Shown piece after piece: positions 36,709 through 48,741 of a DNA stretch of 60,377 bases (positions are counted from its first letter, which is position 1; each line of letters begins with the position of its first letter). Origin of the DNA: an uncultured virus (IMG/VR IMGVR_UViG_3300042519_000373) (Duplodnaviria; Heunggongvirae; Uroviricota; Caudoviricetes); the IMG/VR virus record IMGVR_UViG_3300042519_000373, positions 62,001 to 122,377 of that record; one strand, written 5' to 3'. The notes beneath the pieces are model-generated. The model did not search any database. It saw nothing but the letters and a program-made list of their open reading frames with translations, and was not told where the DNA came from. A program made the translations under genes and the position numbers.

Positions 36709-37233
36709 TTATTTTAAAAACTCATGTATATCGAGTTTGTATTTGATACTATCTACTTTATGGATACCTATTAGGTACAGCACATAACTGGCCACACTAC
36801 TGCCTCTGCCTACACCCCAAATTAGTTGATGTTCACGCATAGTGTCTACCAAGTATTTAAGGTAATACAATAGGTCCAGCATGCCATGCTGAATAAACAG
36901 TTCTAGTTCTGAACTTACTCTATCTCTTTGTTCGTCAGTTTTGCACATTCCGTAAATTTGTTGTATCAAATCCGGGCAGTAATTGTCGGGCATAAACCAA
37001 TTACTTTGATTAGTTTTGTCAAATAGCTCTACAGAATCAACATCTGCAGGTTGTTGGTAAATCTTTAAAAGGGCAGTATGTTCAAAGTTTTCCTTGACGG
37101 CAGCATTGAATTGTTTAATTTCTGCGGTATCGTCAAATAAAATCTTATCAAGACTTTTGATTTTACCAGAATACAATGCCTTAAATGCATCGTCTGTGTT
37201 TAATATTAACTGTCCGTAGTTGTCAGATCTCAT
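36709..37233 (-). CDS. Stand-alone fragment of DNA polymerase III alpha (DnaE)
   Basis: RVSSELELF...YLVDTMR...WGVGRGSSVASYVLYLIGIHKVDSIKYKLDIHEFL matches the DnaE GxGRGS region; only 174 aa. Confidence 0.75.
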   Translation of the reverse strand: MRSDNYGQLILNTDDAFKALYSGKIKSLDKILFDDTAEIKQFNAAVKENFEHTALLKIYQQPADVDSVELFDKTNQSNWFMPDNYCPDLIQQIYGMCKTDEQRDRVSSELELFIQHGMLDLLYYLKYLVDTMREHQLIWGVGRGSSVASYVLYLIGIHKVDSIKYKLDIHEFLK

Positions 37234-37250
37234 TTAACAAGTTTAACATA

Positions 37251-37493
37251 TTAATCTACGTTAATCAAGTCGTCAATATTGCCATTATTCTTCTTAGTTG
37301 CACCCTGTAATGCTGCTTGATTCCGTTTGGCCATTTCTTCTCTATAGGTATTAAGCACAACAATAATTTGTGGTAATACCTGATTCATTCCTGTTCTTGC
37401 TGCAATACCGTACTTTCTAGAGAGATCTAAAATTCTTTGTTCTAGTTCTGCATCTTTTAAATCAGCAGGATTTGCCAGCAACGGGTTAAACAT
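37251..37493 (-). CDS. Hypothetical protein
   Basis: 80-aa coupled ORF. Confidence 0.65.
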   Translation of the reverse strand: MFNPLLANPADLKDAELEQRILDLSRKYGIAARTGMNQVLPQIIVVLNTYREEMAKRNQAALQGATKKNNGNIDDLINVD

Positions 37494-38064
37494 TAGTATA
37501 TGTGCCGATAAACTTTATGAATACAGTGTCTCCTGCATCAGCAGTTGACATTTCAAATATGTGAGATACTTCTGTATTAGTTCCTAAAACGTGCGGTAAT
37601 GTTAAACTTGCTTCCTTCTTTAACACATTACTACCTTGTGTAAAACTGATAGTTCCTGTTAACGTAGTTGCGTTTAAGATTTCAAACCTTACTGTTGAAT
37701 ATATGTTGCTATCAGATGGCCAGTTGATCACTGTTAAGGTTGCAGCACCGTCTACAGTAACTTTATGATATCCACCTAGTTGATAGTTTATTTGAGTACT
37801 TGATGATATGTCATCAATAACTGTTCCTGCAATACCTGTTGCTTTGAGCACTCCTCGATATATGCTGCCTTCGTATCCGTAGTCATTTACATCGTTTAGT
37901 TTTACAGAAGTTAATTCTAGTTGAGTTAATTCTTGGGCCGCAGATTGCAGTGCATTTTTGATGCTGGCAAAGTTATCTCGAAATCCCTGAGTATCGTTAT
38001 CTACTCCTGGCACAGGATATAAAACATTGATATTGTTACTAAAATTGGTTACGGTGCTTGACAT
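37486..38064 (-). CDS. Probable virion structural protein
   Basis: YPVPGVDNDTQGFRDNF N-terminus, coiled coil, beta-rich C-terminus; downstream of tail genes. Confidence 0.6.
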   Translation of the reverse strand: MSSTVTNFSNNINVLYPVPGVDNDTQGFRDNFASIKNALQSAAQELTQLELTSVKLNDVNDYGYEGSIYRGVLKATGIAGTVIDDISSSTQINYQLGGYHKVTVDGAATLTVINWPSDSNIYSTVRFEILNATTLTGTISFTQGSNVLKKEASLTLPHVLGTNTEVSHIFEMSTADAGDTVFIKFIGTYTNV

Positions 38065-38091
38065 ATGTTTCTCTCTAAGAACAGTAGATAT

Positions 38092-39666
38092 TTATCCGAA
38101 GATTGTGAGGGGTGTTGCAGAATTAAAAACCTGATACAATGCTTTAGCTGAGCCACCTTGTAAGCTGCCCCAGTTAGTGTAGCCAGAACCGCCGTAATAA
38201 CTTTCGTTAACTTTCCATGTGCTGCCTGTAGAAGTTGTCCAATTTAAACACTGTTGTTGAGTCATCTGTGGTCTTGCCTGTAACACATTGGCCAATACAC
38301 CCACTACCTGTGGACATGCTTGACTGGTTCCGGATACGGCATTTAGATAGTAATTAGAATTTCTAGGATCCGCTACCGCAGGATATGCATATGCACTATT
38401 TGCATATGCACCCATAATATAATCTCCTGGGGCCCATATATCTACCCCGGGTCCTGTGCAGCTAAAATCTCGTTTATGTTCGGGATTAACCGCAGCAGTT
38501 GCATAGGCTGCAATTGCACCGACACAGATTACTCCATTAGTACCTGCAGGAGTTGATCCTCTATGGTAATAATAAGTAAAGCCCGTATATTCAGTCCAAT
38601 AGTTGTTATAATCGAGACCACCGCTGACATCAATTTTATGACGATCGTTACCGGCAGCAGCTACTACAATAACTCCGGCATTGATACAACTTTCTATTTC
38701 AGCATTTAATGCAGGATAGAAATATCCGTGTACACCTATGCCACCTTCGGGAATTCCGATAGTTCCGTATGCCGCAGTAGTAGTTGATACGGCATAGTTA
38801 GTACTACGATATCTAATACCTGTTACTCTTGTGTAGCTATAAAAGAAACCAAAACTGCAATTAACAATAGTAGGTCTCTTGTAACCAGTTGTGGGATCTA
38901 CAGACTTAGCTACATGAAATGCTCTGATAGTTTGCCAAACTTCAAAGTCATCTAACAGTCCTAATTCTCTGCCATCTGTTATATCGTATTCTGTTGCCGC
39001 ACCTGAACCAACTGAACGTAGACTATAGATATTTGCACCCGGTGCCCAACCCTGTGTATTGCCTGCCGCAATGCTGGCACAGTTGCTGCCATGTCCATCG
39101 CAGTCCCCTAAGAACCCGCCTGTGGGTGCAGATGTAATAATTCCGTGCTGTGTCCAGTCGTAATCTACAACTCTGCTACCTCCAGTACCGTCTGCATTAA
39201 CTGCAAATTCTGGATGGTTAGGCTCGACACCTGTATCGATAATAATTATATCAACTCCTGAACCATTTAGATTAAAAGTAAATGGACCAGTACTAGACCC
39301 AAACCCTGTTGGAAAATTAGTCACTGTGCTTAGGCATCTAATCAAACCCCAATTTTTTGAAGTCTGAAAAGGCTCAACTGATTTGTTAAAAACACCAGTT
39401 CTAATACCTGTTGTTCTTTTCTTAACGCCCATTTCAACAGGATCTCTATGAACTTCTTTGATCCTAAGATCGGACATCAGTGCCGCCGCTTCTTCGTCAG
39501 TTAGCATCACAGTAGAATTGTGCTCACTGTGCAGCATTGGGTTAATGATTTCTACGGCACGTTCTGGAATGGCTTCGTCTGAATAATCCGTAGTCAAATC
39601 TGCATGAACGCCGGGCTTGTCATTTGGATTTTCAACTACGACATAATATTTTCGTAACATTGACAT
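38092..39666 (-). CDS. Subtilisin-like (S8) serine protease
   Basis: Catalytic triad IIIDTG / DGHGSNCAS / SGTSQACP; oxyanion AAGN. Confidence 0.9.
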   Translation of the reverse strand: MSMLRKYYVVVENPNDKPGVHADLTTDYSDEAIPERAVEIINPMLHSEHNSTVMLTDEEAAALMSDLRIKEVHRDPVEMGVKKRTTGIRTGVFNKSVEPFQTSKNWGLIRCLSTVTNFPTGFGSSTGPFTFNLNGSGVDIIIIDTGVEPNHPEFAVNADGTGGSRVVDYDWTQHGIITSAPTGGFLGDCDGHGSNCASIAAGNTQGWAPGANIYSLRSVGSGAATEYDITDGRELGLLDDFEVWQTIRAFHVAKSVDPTTGYKRPTIVNCSFGFFYSYTRVTGIRYRSTNYAVSTTTAAYGTIGIPEGGIGVHGYFYPALNAEIESCINAGVIVVAAAGNDRHKIDVSGGLDYNNYWTEYTGFTYYYHRGSTPAGTNGVICVGAIAAYATAAVNPEHKRDFSCTGPGVDIWAPGDYIMGAYANSAYAYPAVADPRNSNYYLNAVSGTSQACPQVVGVLANVLQARPQMTQQQCLNWTTSTGSTWKVNESYYGGSGYTNWGSLQGGSAKALYQVFNSATPLTIFG

Positions 39667-39669
39667 TCC

Positions 39670-40503
39670 TTACGATATCACTGTTCTATCAGTGAATAGT
39701 CTCCAATTGGCTCCGTCATAGAAACAAGGTTGCCCACCGCCCGCAGCATCTACTACATAAAGTATTGCACCTTGTCGTGTAATTGCACCTAACGCAGATA
39801 ATTGTGCAGTAGTTGCAGTAGTTAATACAAAAGGACTGTTAACAGTAATTTGTCCAGCAGCCCGTAAATTAAGATCGTTGCCTGATTGAATAGTTGCAGC
39901 AGTGCTTACTCCGGTAACAGTTAGCGTTGAGATGTAAAGAGTCTGCACAGTGTAAGTATTGCCCACTACTGTAACAGCCCCAGTTGCTCCTAGATTACCT
40001 GTTGCACCAGTTAGTCCAGTTGAGCCAGTTAGGCCTATTTGACCCGTTGCACCAGTAATACCAGTAGCACCTGTTGCCCCTCTTAGACCAGTAGCACCAG
40101 TAGAACCGTCATTGCCAGTACCAGTAGCACCGGACGAACCAATTGCACCCGTAGCACCTGTGGCACCTTGACCAGTAGCTCCTTGTGGTCCGGTTGCCCC
40201 TTGAGGGCCAGTAGCACCTGTGCTGCCCTGTGCTGCCGCAGTTCCGGGGATTCCTTGCAATCCGGTAGCACCACCCGGTCCTGTTGATCCACTTTGCCCA
40301 GTTGCACCAGTAGCACCTGCAAACGCTACAGTTCCGTCTAATCCTCTAGGACCTGTGGCACCCGGCATACCAGTTGCACCTGTGGCACCTCTAGGTAATG
40401 GGCCTGCAACCCATGCTGTTGATGTGCTGTTATAAACCCAAAGACTGCCGTTGTAAGTGTAAACTTGACCAGCTATCGGGCTTGATGGAAATTGAATTGC
40501 CAT
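39670..40503 (-). CDS. Collagen-like fibre protein
   Basis: Gly-X-Y (mostly GAT) run; N-terminal MAIQFPSSP domain. Confidence 0.8.
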   Translation of the reverse strand: MAIQFPSSPIAGQVYTYNGSLWVYNSTSTAWVAGPLPRGATGATGMPGATGPRGLDGTVAFAGATGATGQSGSTGPGGATGLQGIPGTAAAQGSTGATGPQGATGPQGATGQGATGATGAIGSSGATGTGNDGSTGATGLRGATGATGITGATGQIGLTGSTGLTGATGNLGATGAVTVVGNTYTVQTLYISTLTVTGVSTAATIQSGNDLNLRAAGQITVNSPFVLTTATTAQLSALGAITRQGAILYVVDAAGGGQPCFYDGANWRLFTDRTVIS

Positions 40504-40524
40504 TGTGTATTCCTATATTTCTAA

Positions 40525-43473
40525 TTACGCACCACGCATCATGCAGCCGTTAAACCATGTAATGTTTCCGCCAGCAACGGTAATATCTTTACTGCTGCCG
40601 CTAGTCTGTTGAATATAGACTTCAAAATAATCTCCAGTTCCGTTAGCATAAGCTATAGTGCTTACGCCCATGCTAAAGAAACTAGCACCTACTTCTGTGC
40701 CACTTGCATTCCAACCACGCTTATACTCTGATCCATTTTTCCAAATAACTAACATGCTTTCACCAGTACCCATAGTACCGCTTATGCGAACTGCGGCATT
40801 TAGTTGATAATAACCTGCAACAGTGGGCGTAAATCTTGAACTGGCAAAATTTCCATTAGTGTCAAAATCTTCAAGTTGGAACAACACTTTTTGTTGTGTT
40901 CCAGAAGTAATTGTCTGCGTTACTCCCGAGTCTGGATAAACTGAGAATGCAGGGCCGTTTACAGCCTGACTATTATTGACTGAAATATTTCCGCCAACAT
41001 GTAAGTTTCCGCCAATGCCAGCACCACCTACAACTTGTAGAGCACCAGAGTTTGTTGAAGTTGCACTGGTAGTATTTGTAATTGTAAAGACGCTACTTAA
41101 TGGATTTGCAATTGCACCTGTTGCACCAGCAGGACCAGTGGCACCTGTAAATCCTTGAAATCCTCTTGCACCAGTAAGACTAATAGACCAATCTTTAAAT
41201 GTTCCCGGCCCGTTAATGGTATATGGAGCAATACCTATATTAGTGCCAGTATACCATTCAACGTAGCCGTCAATAACTGTGCTAAATGCAGTACTGGTAA
41301 ATGCCACTGCACGAACACGAGTTGATGTTGTATACGCATTAGTTCCGTATGCTTTATCAACTTGAAATACAAAAGTCGAAGTACTGGTAGTTATAACTAA
41401 GGTAGTTGATGTAGAAATTAGTTGTAGGTATCCAGGTCCAGTTGATCCTGTTGGACCAGTGGCACCAGTAGATCCCCATAGACCAGTAGCACCAGTAGAT
41501 CCCCATTGCCCTGTAGCCCCAGTAGACCCAAACTGTCCGGCTGCACCTGTAGCACCGGTAGAACCACTACCAGTAGCACCTGCTGGGCCAGTAGCCCCTG
41601 TTGATCCTCTAGTTCCAGTCGGTCCTGTAGCACCTGTTGCTCCAAACGCTCCGGTAGTGCCTTGAATACCTGTAGCACCTGTACTACCGAACTCACCAAC
41701 GGCACCTGTAGCACCGATGAATCCAGTTGCACCAGTTGAACCTGTGGCACCCAGACCAGTTGAACCTGTTAATCCGGTTGCTCCTGTTGATCCTTGATCA
41801 CCTTGCGGTCCAGTTGAACCTGAAGCACCTTGACCGGTGGCACCGTTTTGTCCCTGTGGGCCTGTAGCACCCTGTGCACCGGTTGCACCTGTAGCACCAG
41901 ATCCTGTAGCACCTGCTGGACCAGTAGCACCAGTAGCACCTGTTGCTCCAATAGCACCTGTCGCTCCAGTTGCACCTGCTCCGGTTGCACCAGTTGATCC
42001 CTGAGCACCAGTAGCACCAATATTTCCTTCAGATCCTTGAGGTCCAGTAGAACCTGTGCCGCCTTGCAATCCAGTTGCACCAGTAGATCCAATTTCTCCC
42101 TGAGCACCTGTTGCTCCTTGACCTGCAAACGTTCCAGGAATGCCTTGGGGCCCAGTAGCACCTTGAGGACCAGTAGCACCTGTAGCACCTGTAGCACCTG
42201 TTGAACCAACTGGCCCAGTTGCACCTGTAGCACCTGTAGCACCAGTTGATCCAATATTTCCTGTAGCACCTGTACTACCACTACCTGTTGCCCCTTGAAG
42301 TCCAGTAGCACCGGTAGCACCAGTAGATCCAATTTCTCCCTGAGCACCTGTAGCACCTGCACCAGTAGCACCTTGAGGTCCAGTAGCACCGGTAGCACCA
42401 GTAGATCCAATACCCGTTGCTCCGGTAGCACCATCCGGTCCTGTAGAACCTCTAGCACCTTGTCCGCCGACTAATGTTATAGTCCATGCTTGGAATGTTC
42501 CTGCACCAAAGCTAGTTAACGGTCTAATAGTGAGCTGATCTCCAATAAAACTTTCAACAATGCCGTCAAAGTTTGATAAAATATCAGCGTCCGCAGTAGC
42601 CCTTACTCTAGAACTTACTGTATACGCTACAGTACTAGACGATAAATGAGTTACGAAAGTTACAGTGTTTAAACTGATAGTTGCAGTAGTTTGAGAATAC
42701 AAAGGAATGAAACCAACTCCGGTTGCACCTGTGCTACCACTACCAGTTGCACCAGTTGCACCGTCTACGCCCGGCAATCCGCTTGCACCAGTAGACCCTT
42801 GACCTGCAAATGTGCCAGGAATGCCTTGGGCACCAGTTGCACCGGTTAAGCCTGTAGCACCTGGCCCGCCAGTAAATCCGGTAGCACCGGTGGCACCCTG
42901 ATACCCAGTTGCACCCGTAGCACCGACTGAACCAGTTGCTCCCGTTTCTCCAACAGCACCACCAGGACTTGCTGATACCCAAACAGAACCGTTGTAAGTA
43001 AACAGTTGTCCTGTTTCTTGAGTATCAAGCCACATGTCCCCAGCCGCTGCCACCGATGGTCTTGAAGTTGAAATTACTGCGGTCAGTCTAGGACCAGTTG
43101 CACCAGTCGATCCTCTAGTGCCAGTTGCACCCCGAGCACCAGTTGCACCCATTGAAACTACATTGACTACACCTTCAACAATTTCTAAACCGTCGCCTAC
43201 TATAATTGTTCCTAGAGTAGAAGTAGTTGCAGTAGTAGCAACAGTTGTTACATTTAAAAATCCTTCTTGGTCAATATTTAAACCATCGCCAATTTTAATT
43301 CCGCCAATAGTGCTAGTAGTTGCCGTTGACACATTGAATGTGACTAATTCATTATTAATGAATTCGCCTAACTGCCCTACAGTCATCTGTTTAGTTAGGT
43401 TGCCGTCAGCAACAGGCATACTAGTTGCCGTTGTTATTGAACCAATAACGGGTAGATTACTAATGGTACTCAT
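40525..43473 (-). CDS. Collagen-like tail fibre with a C-terminal C1q-like domain
   Basis: Long GAT/GST repeats; duplicated globular insert; C-terminal PAFSVY...FTPTVAGYY...GDYFEVY...WFNG. Confidence 0.82.
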   Translation of the reverse strand: MSTISNLPVIGSITTATSMPVADGNLTKQMTVGQLGEFINNELVTFNVSTATTSTIGGIKIGDGLNIDQEGFLNVTTVATTATTSTLGTIIVGDGLEIVEGVVNVVSMGATGARGATGTRGSTGATGPRLTAVISTSRPSVAAAGDMWLDTQETGQLFTYNGSVWVSASPGGAVGETGATGSVGATGATGYQGATGATGFTGGPGATGLTGATGAQGIPGTFAGQGSTGASGLPGVDGATGATGSGSTGATGVGFIPLYSQTTATISLNTVTFVTHLSSSTVAYTVSSRVRATADADILSNFDGIVESFIGDQLTIRPLTSFGAGTFQAWTITLVGGQGARGSTGPDGATGATGIGSTGATGATGPQGATGAGATGAQGEIGSTGATGATGLQGATGSGSTGATGNIGSTGATGATGATGPVGSTGATGATGATGPQGATGPQGIPGTFAGQGATGAQGEIGSTGATGLQGGTGSTGPQGSEGNIGATGAQGSTGATGAGATGATGAIGATGATGATGPAGATGSGATGATGAQGATGPQGQNGATGQGASGSTGPQGDQGSTGATGLTGSTGLGATGSTGATGFIGATGAVGEFGSTGATGIQGTTGAFGATGATGPTGTRGSTGATGPAGATGSGSTGATGAAGQFGSTGATGQWGSTGATGLWGSTGATGPTGSTGPGYLQLISTSTTLVITTSTSTFVFQVDKAYGTNAYTTSTRVRAVAFTSTAFSTVIDGYVEWYTGTNIGIAPYTINGPGTFKDWSISLTGARGFQGFTGATGPAGATGAIANPLSSVFTITNTTSATSTNSGALQVVGGAGIGGNLHVGGNISVNNSQAVNGPAFSVYPDSGVTQTITSGTQQKVLFQLEDFDTNGNFASSRFTPTVAGYYQLNAAVRISGTMGTGESMLVIWKNGSEYKRGWNASGTEVGASFFSMGVSTIAYANGTGDYFEVYIQQTSGSSKDITVAGGNITWFNGCMMRGA

Positions 43474-46007
43474 TTAACTAAACACTCCACAATGCCTGAA
43501 CCGTTTTCTAATGCAAATGCAAATGGTTGTCGGCCATTGCTAGTTGTACTGCCTTTGCCATCCATGTACGGCCAAATAGGTTCGCCTTTTAACACGTACC
43601 CTTCTACTTTAACTGGTACACGACCAGTTAACGCAATATATGTTCCGCCTTCTAATTCACTATTCATCATATATGCAGGCTTACCGGAGACTACACCGAT
43701 AACATAACAGTCACTAGTTGTTACCGCGGTAACTTCTGCAATGCCACCAACTGTCATCACAGTACCGACTGAGTATTCTCGGTCTGTTAGATATTTTTCT
43801 GCCAAGTCAGCATACACTGCAACAGTAGCAGTTCCTCTAAAGAACGATCCTCTAATATCACCTAGGTCATCTCTTGCAACAATAGTAGCAGTAATATTAT
43901 CTTCATATCCTTTAGCATAGTATGTAAATCCGCCTGCATAAGGCACAATTTCTAAAGCTGCGGCCTGTGCATTACTCGAACCAGTAGCACCAGTTAATCC
44001 AGTGGCACCAGTTGATCCTTGAGCACCAGTTGCACCCGATGATCCTTGAGCACCTGTGGCACCTGTGGCACCATCATATCCAGCAGGCCCAGTAGACCCC
44101 CACAAACCAGTTGATCCTGTACTTCCTGGAAGTCCGATATCTCCTTGTGGACCAGTTGCTCCCATTGATCCAGTTGCACCAGTTGCTCCGGTCGCACCTG
44201 TTGATCCTATTCCAGTAGCACCAGTAGCACCCATTACACCTTCTGCTCCAGTTGCACCTGTAGCCCCACTAGGACCAGTAGCACCGGTTATTGGACCAAC
44301 ACTTATTACGGAAGCATCGCTTAATGTAAATTCAATTATTGTATTGCTAGAAGTTAATGTAGCAGTGGTAATATATTTGCCTTGAGGACCAGTTGCACCA
44401 GTAGCACCAGATGCTCCTTCACTGCCTTGTAAACCGACTGCTCCGGTAGCCCCAGCCGGCCCTGTCGCACCTGTCGCACCTGTAGTTCCCGGTATACTTG
44501 GACCTTCTGAACCAGTAGCACCTGCAGGACCAGTAGCACCGGTTGCACCGGTTGCACCTGTAGTTCCTAACGGGCCAGTTGCACCTGTGCTGCCTTGTAA
44601 TCCAGTAGCACCTGTTGCACCTGTTGCTCCAATGGCACCTGTTGCACCTGTAGCACCTTGTCCTGTAGCACCTGTAGCACCCGGCTCTCCTTGGTTACCA
44701 GTAGCACCTGTGGCACCAGTTGAACCAATGCCTGTAGCACCAGTTGAGCCTAACTCGCCTTGAATACCAGTTGCACCGGTAGCACCGTCACCGCCAATTG
44801 GTCCAGTTGAACCAGTAGCACCGTCTGGACCGGTAGCACCGTCTGCTCCGGTTGCACCTGTAGCACCTAATCCAGTTGATCCTTGCGGACCAGTTGCACC
44901 TGTAGCACCTCGGAGTCCGGTAGCACCAGTAGCACCAAAGTTACCTGTAGCACCTGTTGATCCTAACGGACCAGTTGCACCTGTTGTACCTAAGTCGCCA
45001 GTCGGTCCTTGAATGCCAGTAGCACCAGTTGCACCAAAATTGCCAGTAGCCCCAGTTCCGCCAACTGGTCCAGTAGCACCCGGACTGCCTATACCAGTTG
45101 CACCTGTAGTTCCTTGTCCAGTAGCACCAGTTGCACCTGCACCGCCAAATGGTGCACCTGCACTCCAGTTACCATCTCCGTTTTGTTTAATGTATAATGT
45201 TCCGGTACCTAGTTCTAAAAATGCAAAACCAAACGGACGATCATCATATTGACTTCGTTCGTCGTACGGAGTTGGCCAATACCCTACAGCATCAATAACA
45301 AATGGCTGACCAATTTCCCCTGTTGCACCTGTAGCACCTTCGCCTGTAGCACCAGTTGAACCAATTGGTCCAGTTGAACCCGTACCGCCTTGACCTGCAA
45401 ATGTTCCAGCAATACCAGTAGCACCTTGGGGTCCTGTAGAACCTGTTGATCCTTGAGCACCAGTTGCACCTGTACCGCCTTGGCCGGGAATACCTTGTTG
45501 ACCAGTGGAACCAGTACCGCCTTGGAATGCTGCTATTCCGGGAATACCCTGGAGACCGGTTGCACCTTGTTCACCGGTTGCACCTTGGGCACCTGTAGAA
45601 CCAGTAGCACCGCTACCAGTAGCACCTGCACTACCTGTAGCACCTGCACTACCAGCAGGCCCTTGACTTCCGGTTGCACCAGTTGCACCCATAAATGCAG
45701 CAGTACCTGGGATACCTTGCGGACCAGTAGCACCAGTTCCTCCGGGATAGCCAATATCACCTTTTGGACCAGTAGATCCAGTTGAACCACCTTGCCCCGT
45801 AGCACCAGTTGATCCGCTGCCTGTGGCACCTCGTAGACCAATCGGTCCAGTGGCTCCGCTAGCACCTACCGCAGTTTCTCTACTAAAAAATGTTCCTAAT
45901 GTTTCTACAGTTACATAGTATGTTTGTCTGGTAGAAGTATCCGCTACTGGTATCAGAACAGCATTGGTTAGTGTGTTTAACGGTGGTAAATTACTTATTG
46001 TGCTCAT
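43470..46007 (-). CDS. Collagen-like tail fibre with a C-terminal YADLAEKY domain
   Basis: Long Gly-X-Y repeats; C-terminal ADLAE...[10 protein letters not shown] domain also found in 49266..55751. Confidence 0.82.
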   Translation of the reverse strand: MSTISNLPPLNTLTNAVLIPVADTSTRQTYYVTVETLGTFFSRETAVGASGATGPIGLRGATGSGSTGATGQGGSTGSTGPKGDIGYPGGTGATGPQGIPGTAAFMGATGATGSQGPAGSAGATGSAGATGSGATGSTGAQGATGEQGATGLQGIPGIAAFQGGTGSTGQQGIPGQGGTGATGAQGSTGSTGPQGATGIAGTFAGQGGTGSTGPIGSTGATGEGATGATGEIGQPFVIDAVGYWPTPYDERSQYDDRPFGFAFLELGTGTLYIKQNGDGNWSAGAPFGGAGATGATGQGTTGATGIGSPGATGPVGGTGATGNFGATGATGIQGPTGDLGTTGATGPLGSTGATGNFGATGATGLRGATGATGPQGSTGLGATGATGADGATGPDGATGSTGPIGGDGATGATGIQGELGSTGATGIGSTGATGATGNQGEPGATGATGQGATGATGAIGATGATGATGLQGSTGATGPLGTTGATGATGATGPAGATGSEGPSIPGTTGATGATGPAGATGAVGLQGSEGASGATGATGPQGKYITTATLTSSNTIIEFTLSDASVISVGPITGATGPSGATGATGAEGVMGATGATGIGSTGATGATGATGSMGATGPQGDIGLPGSTGSTGLWGSTGPAGYDGATGATGAQGSSGATGAQGSTGATGLTGATGSSNAQAAALEIVPYAGGFTYYAKGYEDNITATIVARDDLGDIRGSFFRGTATVAVYADLAEKYLTDREYSVGTVMTVGGIAEVTAVTTSDCYVIGVVSGKPAYMMNSELEGGTYIALTGRVPVKVEGYVLKGEPIWPYMDGKGSTTSNGRQPFAFALENGSGIVECLVK

Positions 46008-46010
46008 CTT

Positions 46011-48740
46011 TTATTCAACTAGTAGTGCGTTTCCATCAGAGTCAGTAATAATGATACCGTCTGGACCAGCCAGCACATTTAATGGTTGTACATCATCAAC
46101 ATTCTTAATTGGGAACTTGAGATATTTATCGCCACTGTAATCTAGTGTTTGATCAATAATTAATCTATCAACTTCGAAATCAATTAACTTAAAGTCAAAT
46201 CCATTAAGCTCAATCTTTCTTTTAATTTTATAGCCTTCGCCGGGTAATGCATAACAAATTGGCATCGCTTTAATAAATCCTAAAGGTGCTCCAGTTGCCT
46301 GTTGAATAGTACTCATAAATCTAGGACGTAAATATTCGTCTACTTTAATAGTTTCGCCGTATATTTGAACGCTTTCTAGACTCTTTTGCCAGTTTTCAAC
46401 GCTATTACTGTATAAATTAACCAGTCCCTGATTAATCAAGAAACTGATATTATCCGGACTTTTCCCTAATGTATTACTTTGGCTGTCAATAATGTCAACG
46501 TAGACAAAGTCGTAAACATAATTTCCTTGAGCGTCTTCTGCAGGAATTGTCTTGACATCTCCAAAATAGAATCTCTTATTGTAGAAATAATTCTGTAGCC
46601 CTAAAACGTATTCAGCTAAGTTTAATCGCTCAATGCCGTACTCTAAAGTCATTCGAATATCTTTTTGTAGCCCGAATGCTGGATCCGATGGTCGGTATAA
46701 TACCTTTGGATCGAATACATCTCTATTGTTAATAAAATCTCTATAGACTTTTCTTCTATGTCGTGCCATGAACGGTCTCATGTACACGCTGCTAAACGGA
46801 GTTGGATCGTTGTCTCCAATAAGAATTGTAAACTCTTGATCAATTGTTGCCAGTCGATAGGCATTAGTAGCTTCTACTGTAAACGTATATGCACGGTCAA
46901 ATGTAGTTCCGCCACCATCGATGGTAAATTCTGTAGGTTGGTAGTAATCAACTTCAGTAGTTCCACCATAAGGAATTTTCCCCACAATACTTCCGTCATT
47001 CTTAAATTCTAAACCTGCAGGTAATTCACCTTGTACAAATCTGTATTGAATTCCTAAGTCGGGTAAATTTTCATGTTGTGCTACTACTGATAGCTCACTT
47101 TGATATCCTGCTGCAATTGTTCCTACGGTAGAGGTAGTAATCCATTGTAAATCAGTGTTTACACTGCCTTGTAGTCTTAATTGAAATACTCTATCGCTTT
47201 TACTTTGATCTCCGGTCTTAGGATCAGTTTTAATCATCCTAATAGTAAATTTGTAATCTTCACTATATGCAGGTATGTACGGAATTTGTCCGTATAGGTC
47301 TCCAGACGTTTCATTTAAATTAAATCCGGGCGGCTTTTGACTCTCACTTCCAACGAATAGAATAGTATTATCTGGAATGTCGTCTCTTAGTGTAGTGTCA
47401 TATACTACCGTATCGCCTACAAGTACTGGACTATGTTTAATACCAACTACACAAGTTGAAGTAGTTCCTGTCACTGAACTGATTGTATAAGTAGTATCGT
47501 ATATTGCATCGGGCACATATGTGTCCAATCTAAGCAATTGTCCAACTTGAGGCAAGCTAGACAAGCTCTTTAAATGCACCTCACTCATACCAGCACGGTT
47601 ATACTTAGGTAAGAAGTCTGCACTTTCCCAATCCGTTCCGTTCCACACATAGCTAACAGTTTCATCTACTACATTGTACAAATCACCGATGGTATTAACT
47701 AACGGTAACTCAGCAAACGTATCAACTACACCTCTTACAGTTACAGGTAAGCCACTTGGTCCTGTATTGTACTGAGTATCAGCAATAGCTCGTACTTCCG
47801 GATTTACACTAATATTATCCCAGATCCAATTAACTGCACCTAGTTCAGGGTGCGGATCATATGTTTGTATTCTAACAATTTGATAGTTCGCGGCACGACG
47901 AATACCCAAGTTCGCCGGACTTAGCCAAGCAGGTGCATACAAGTAACTGTCGCCTGCTTGAAAACATCTTGCATCTGCTGAAATATACCCAGTGTCTGCA
48001 CGTAAGCTGTTTACATCAACAACTTGCAATTTAAATAATTTACGACTGCTATTAAAACTGTCAGTGGCAGTTACATAGAATTGATAAATTTTCTTAATGT
48101 ATTTTGGACGATTAGTTTTATTTTCAATAATGAAAGCACTATCATACGGATAACGGTCATATTTTTCAGTGTCGTATCCGTTGCCTGAAACTCCAACCGG
48201 CTCTTCTTGCACAGTTATTTCATCAATAACGCCAGTTAATCTACCGTCTTCAGTTAATTTAATCCCTTTGGGTAGTTGCCCGTCTCCGTCTGCAATGTAA
48301 TATCTTAGTTTCATATTTTCAAACAAGACATTAGCTACAGCAGACAATTGATAATCTACAATATGTTCGTTTACTGCAAAACACTCACCACTGGTTCCTA
48401 CTGCTAGGAATCCGCTAGGAGTTACCCATACTGGATCTTGATTGCTAGTTACATCTACTGAAAACGTACGGTCAGCTACACCCTGTGCATTTTTTGCACG
48501 AACTACAAATTGACTTCTAATTGTAGAAGGCACGCTCATAGGGTTTCCAATAATAAACCCAGTTGTAGTAGTCGACGTAGCAGTAGTTACTAATTGTAAA
48601 ACCATTCCGTCCGGAAGCTTCCCGCTTATAACACTGAATGTAGATCCAGTGCCTTCAACTGAAAATGGTATATTAATAGCAGTTCGTTCTGTTAACGTGC
48701 CCAGGAACCCCGCATTGGTAATCCATACTGGTGCTGTCAT
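46011..48740 (-). CDS. Putative baseplate/tail protein with Ig-like repeats
   Basis: Repeated PVW(I/V)T...G.LP.G..L...G.(I/L).G units; structural gene context. Confidence 0.65.
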   Translation of the reverse strand: MTAPVWITNAGFLGTLTERTAINIPFSVEGTGSTFSVISGKLPDGMVLQLVTTATSTTTTGFIIGNPMSVPSTIRSQFVVRAKNAQGVADRTFSVDVTSNQDPVWVTPSGFLAVGTSGECFAVNEHIVDYQLSAVANVLFENMKLRYYIADGDGQLPKGIKLTEDGRLTGVIDEITVQEEPVGVSGNGYDTEKYDRYPYDSAFIIENKTNRPKYIKKIYQFYVTATDSFNSSRKLFKLQVVDVNSLRADTGYISADARCFQAGDSYLYAPAWLSPANLGIRRAANYQIVRIQTYDPHPELGAVNWIWDNISVNPEVRAIADTQYNTGPSGLPVTVRGVVDTFAELPLVNTIGDLYNVVDETVSYVWNGTDWESADFLPKYNRAGMSEVHLKSLSSLPQVGQLLRLDTYVPDAIYDTTYTISSVTGTTSTCVVGIKHSPVLVGDTVVYDTTLRDDIPDNTILFVGSESQKPPGFNLNETSGDLYGQIPYIPAYSEDYKFTIRMIKTDPKTGDQSKSDRVFQLRLQGSVNTDLQWITTSTVGTIAAGYQSELSVVAQHENLPDLGIQYRFVQGELPAGLEFKNDGSIVGKIPYGGTTEVDYYQPTEFTIDGGGTTFDRAYTFTVEATNAYRLATIDQEFTILIGDNDPTPFSSVYMRPFMARHRRKVYRDFINNRDVFDPKVLYRPSDPAFGLQKDIRMTLEYGIERLNLAEYVLGLQNYFYNKRFYFGDVKTIPAEDAQGNYVYDFVYVDIIDSQSNTLGKSPDNISFLINQGLVNLYSNSVENWQKSLESVQIYGETIKVDEYLRPRFMSTIQQATGAPLGFIKAMPICYALPGEGYKIKRKIELNGFDFKLIDFEVDRLIIDQTLDYSGDKYLKFPIKNVDDVQPLNVLAGPDGIIITDSDGNALLVE

Positions 48741-48741
48741 A

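Noticed and set aside
40083..45865. Many alternative-frame and antisense ORFs (VLLVQLV.., PVAPVAP..) over the collagen genes
   Set aside because: By-products of the 9-bp GAT repeat, which lacks stops in other frames; no RBS or independent features.
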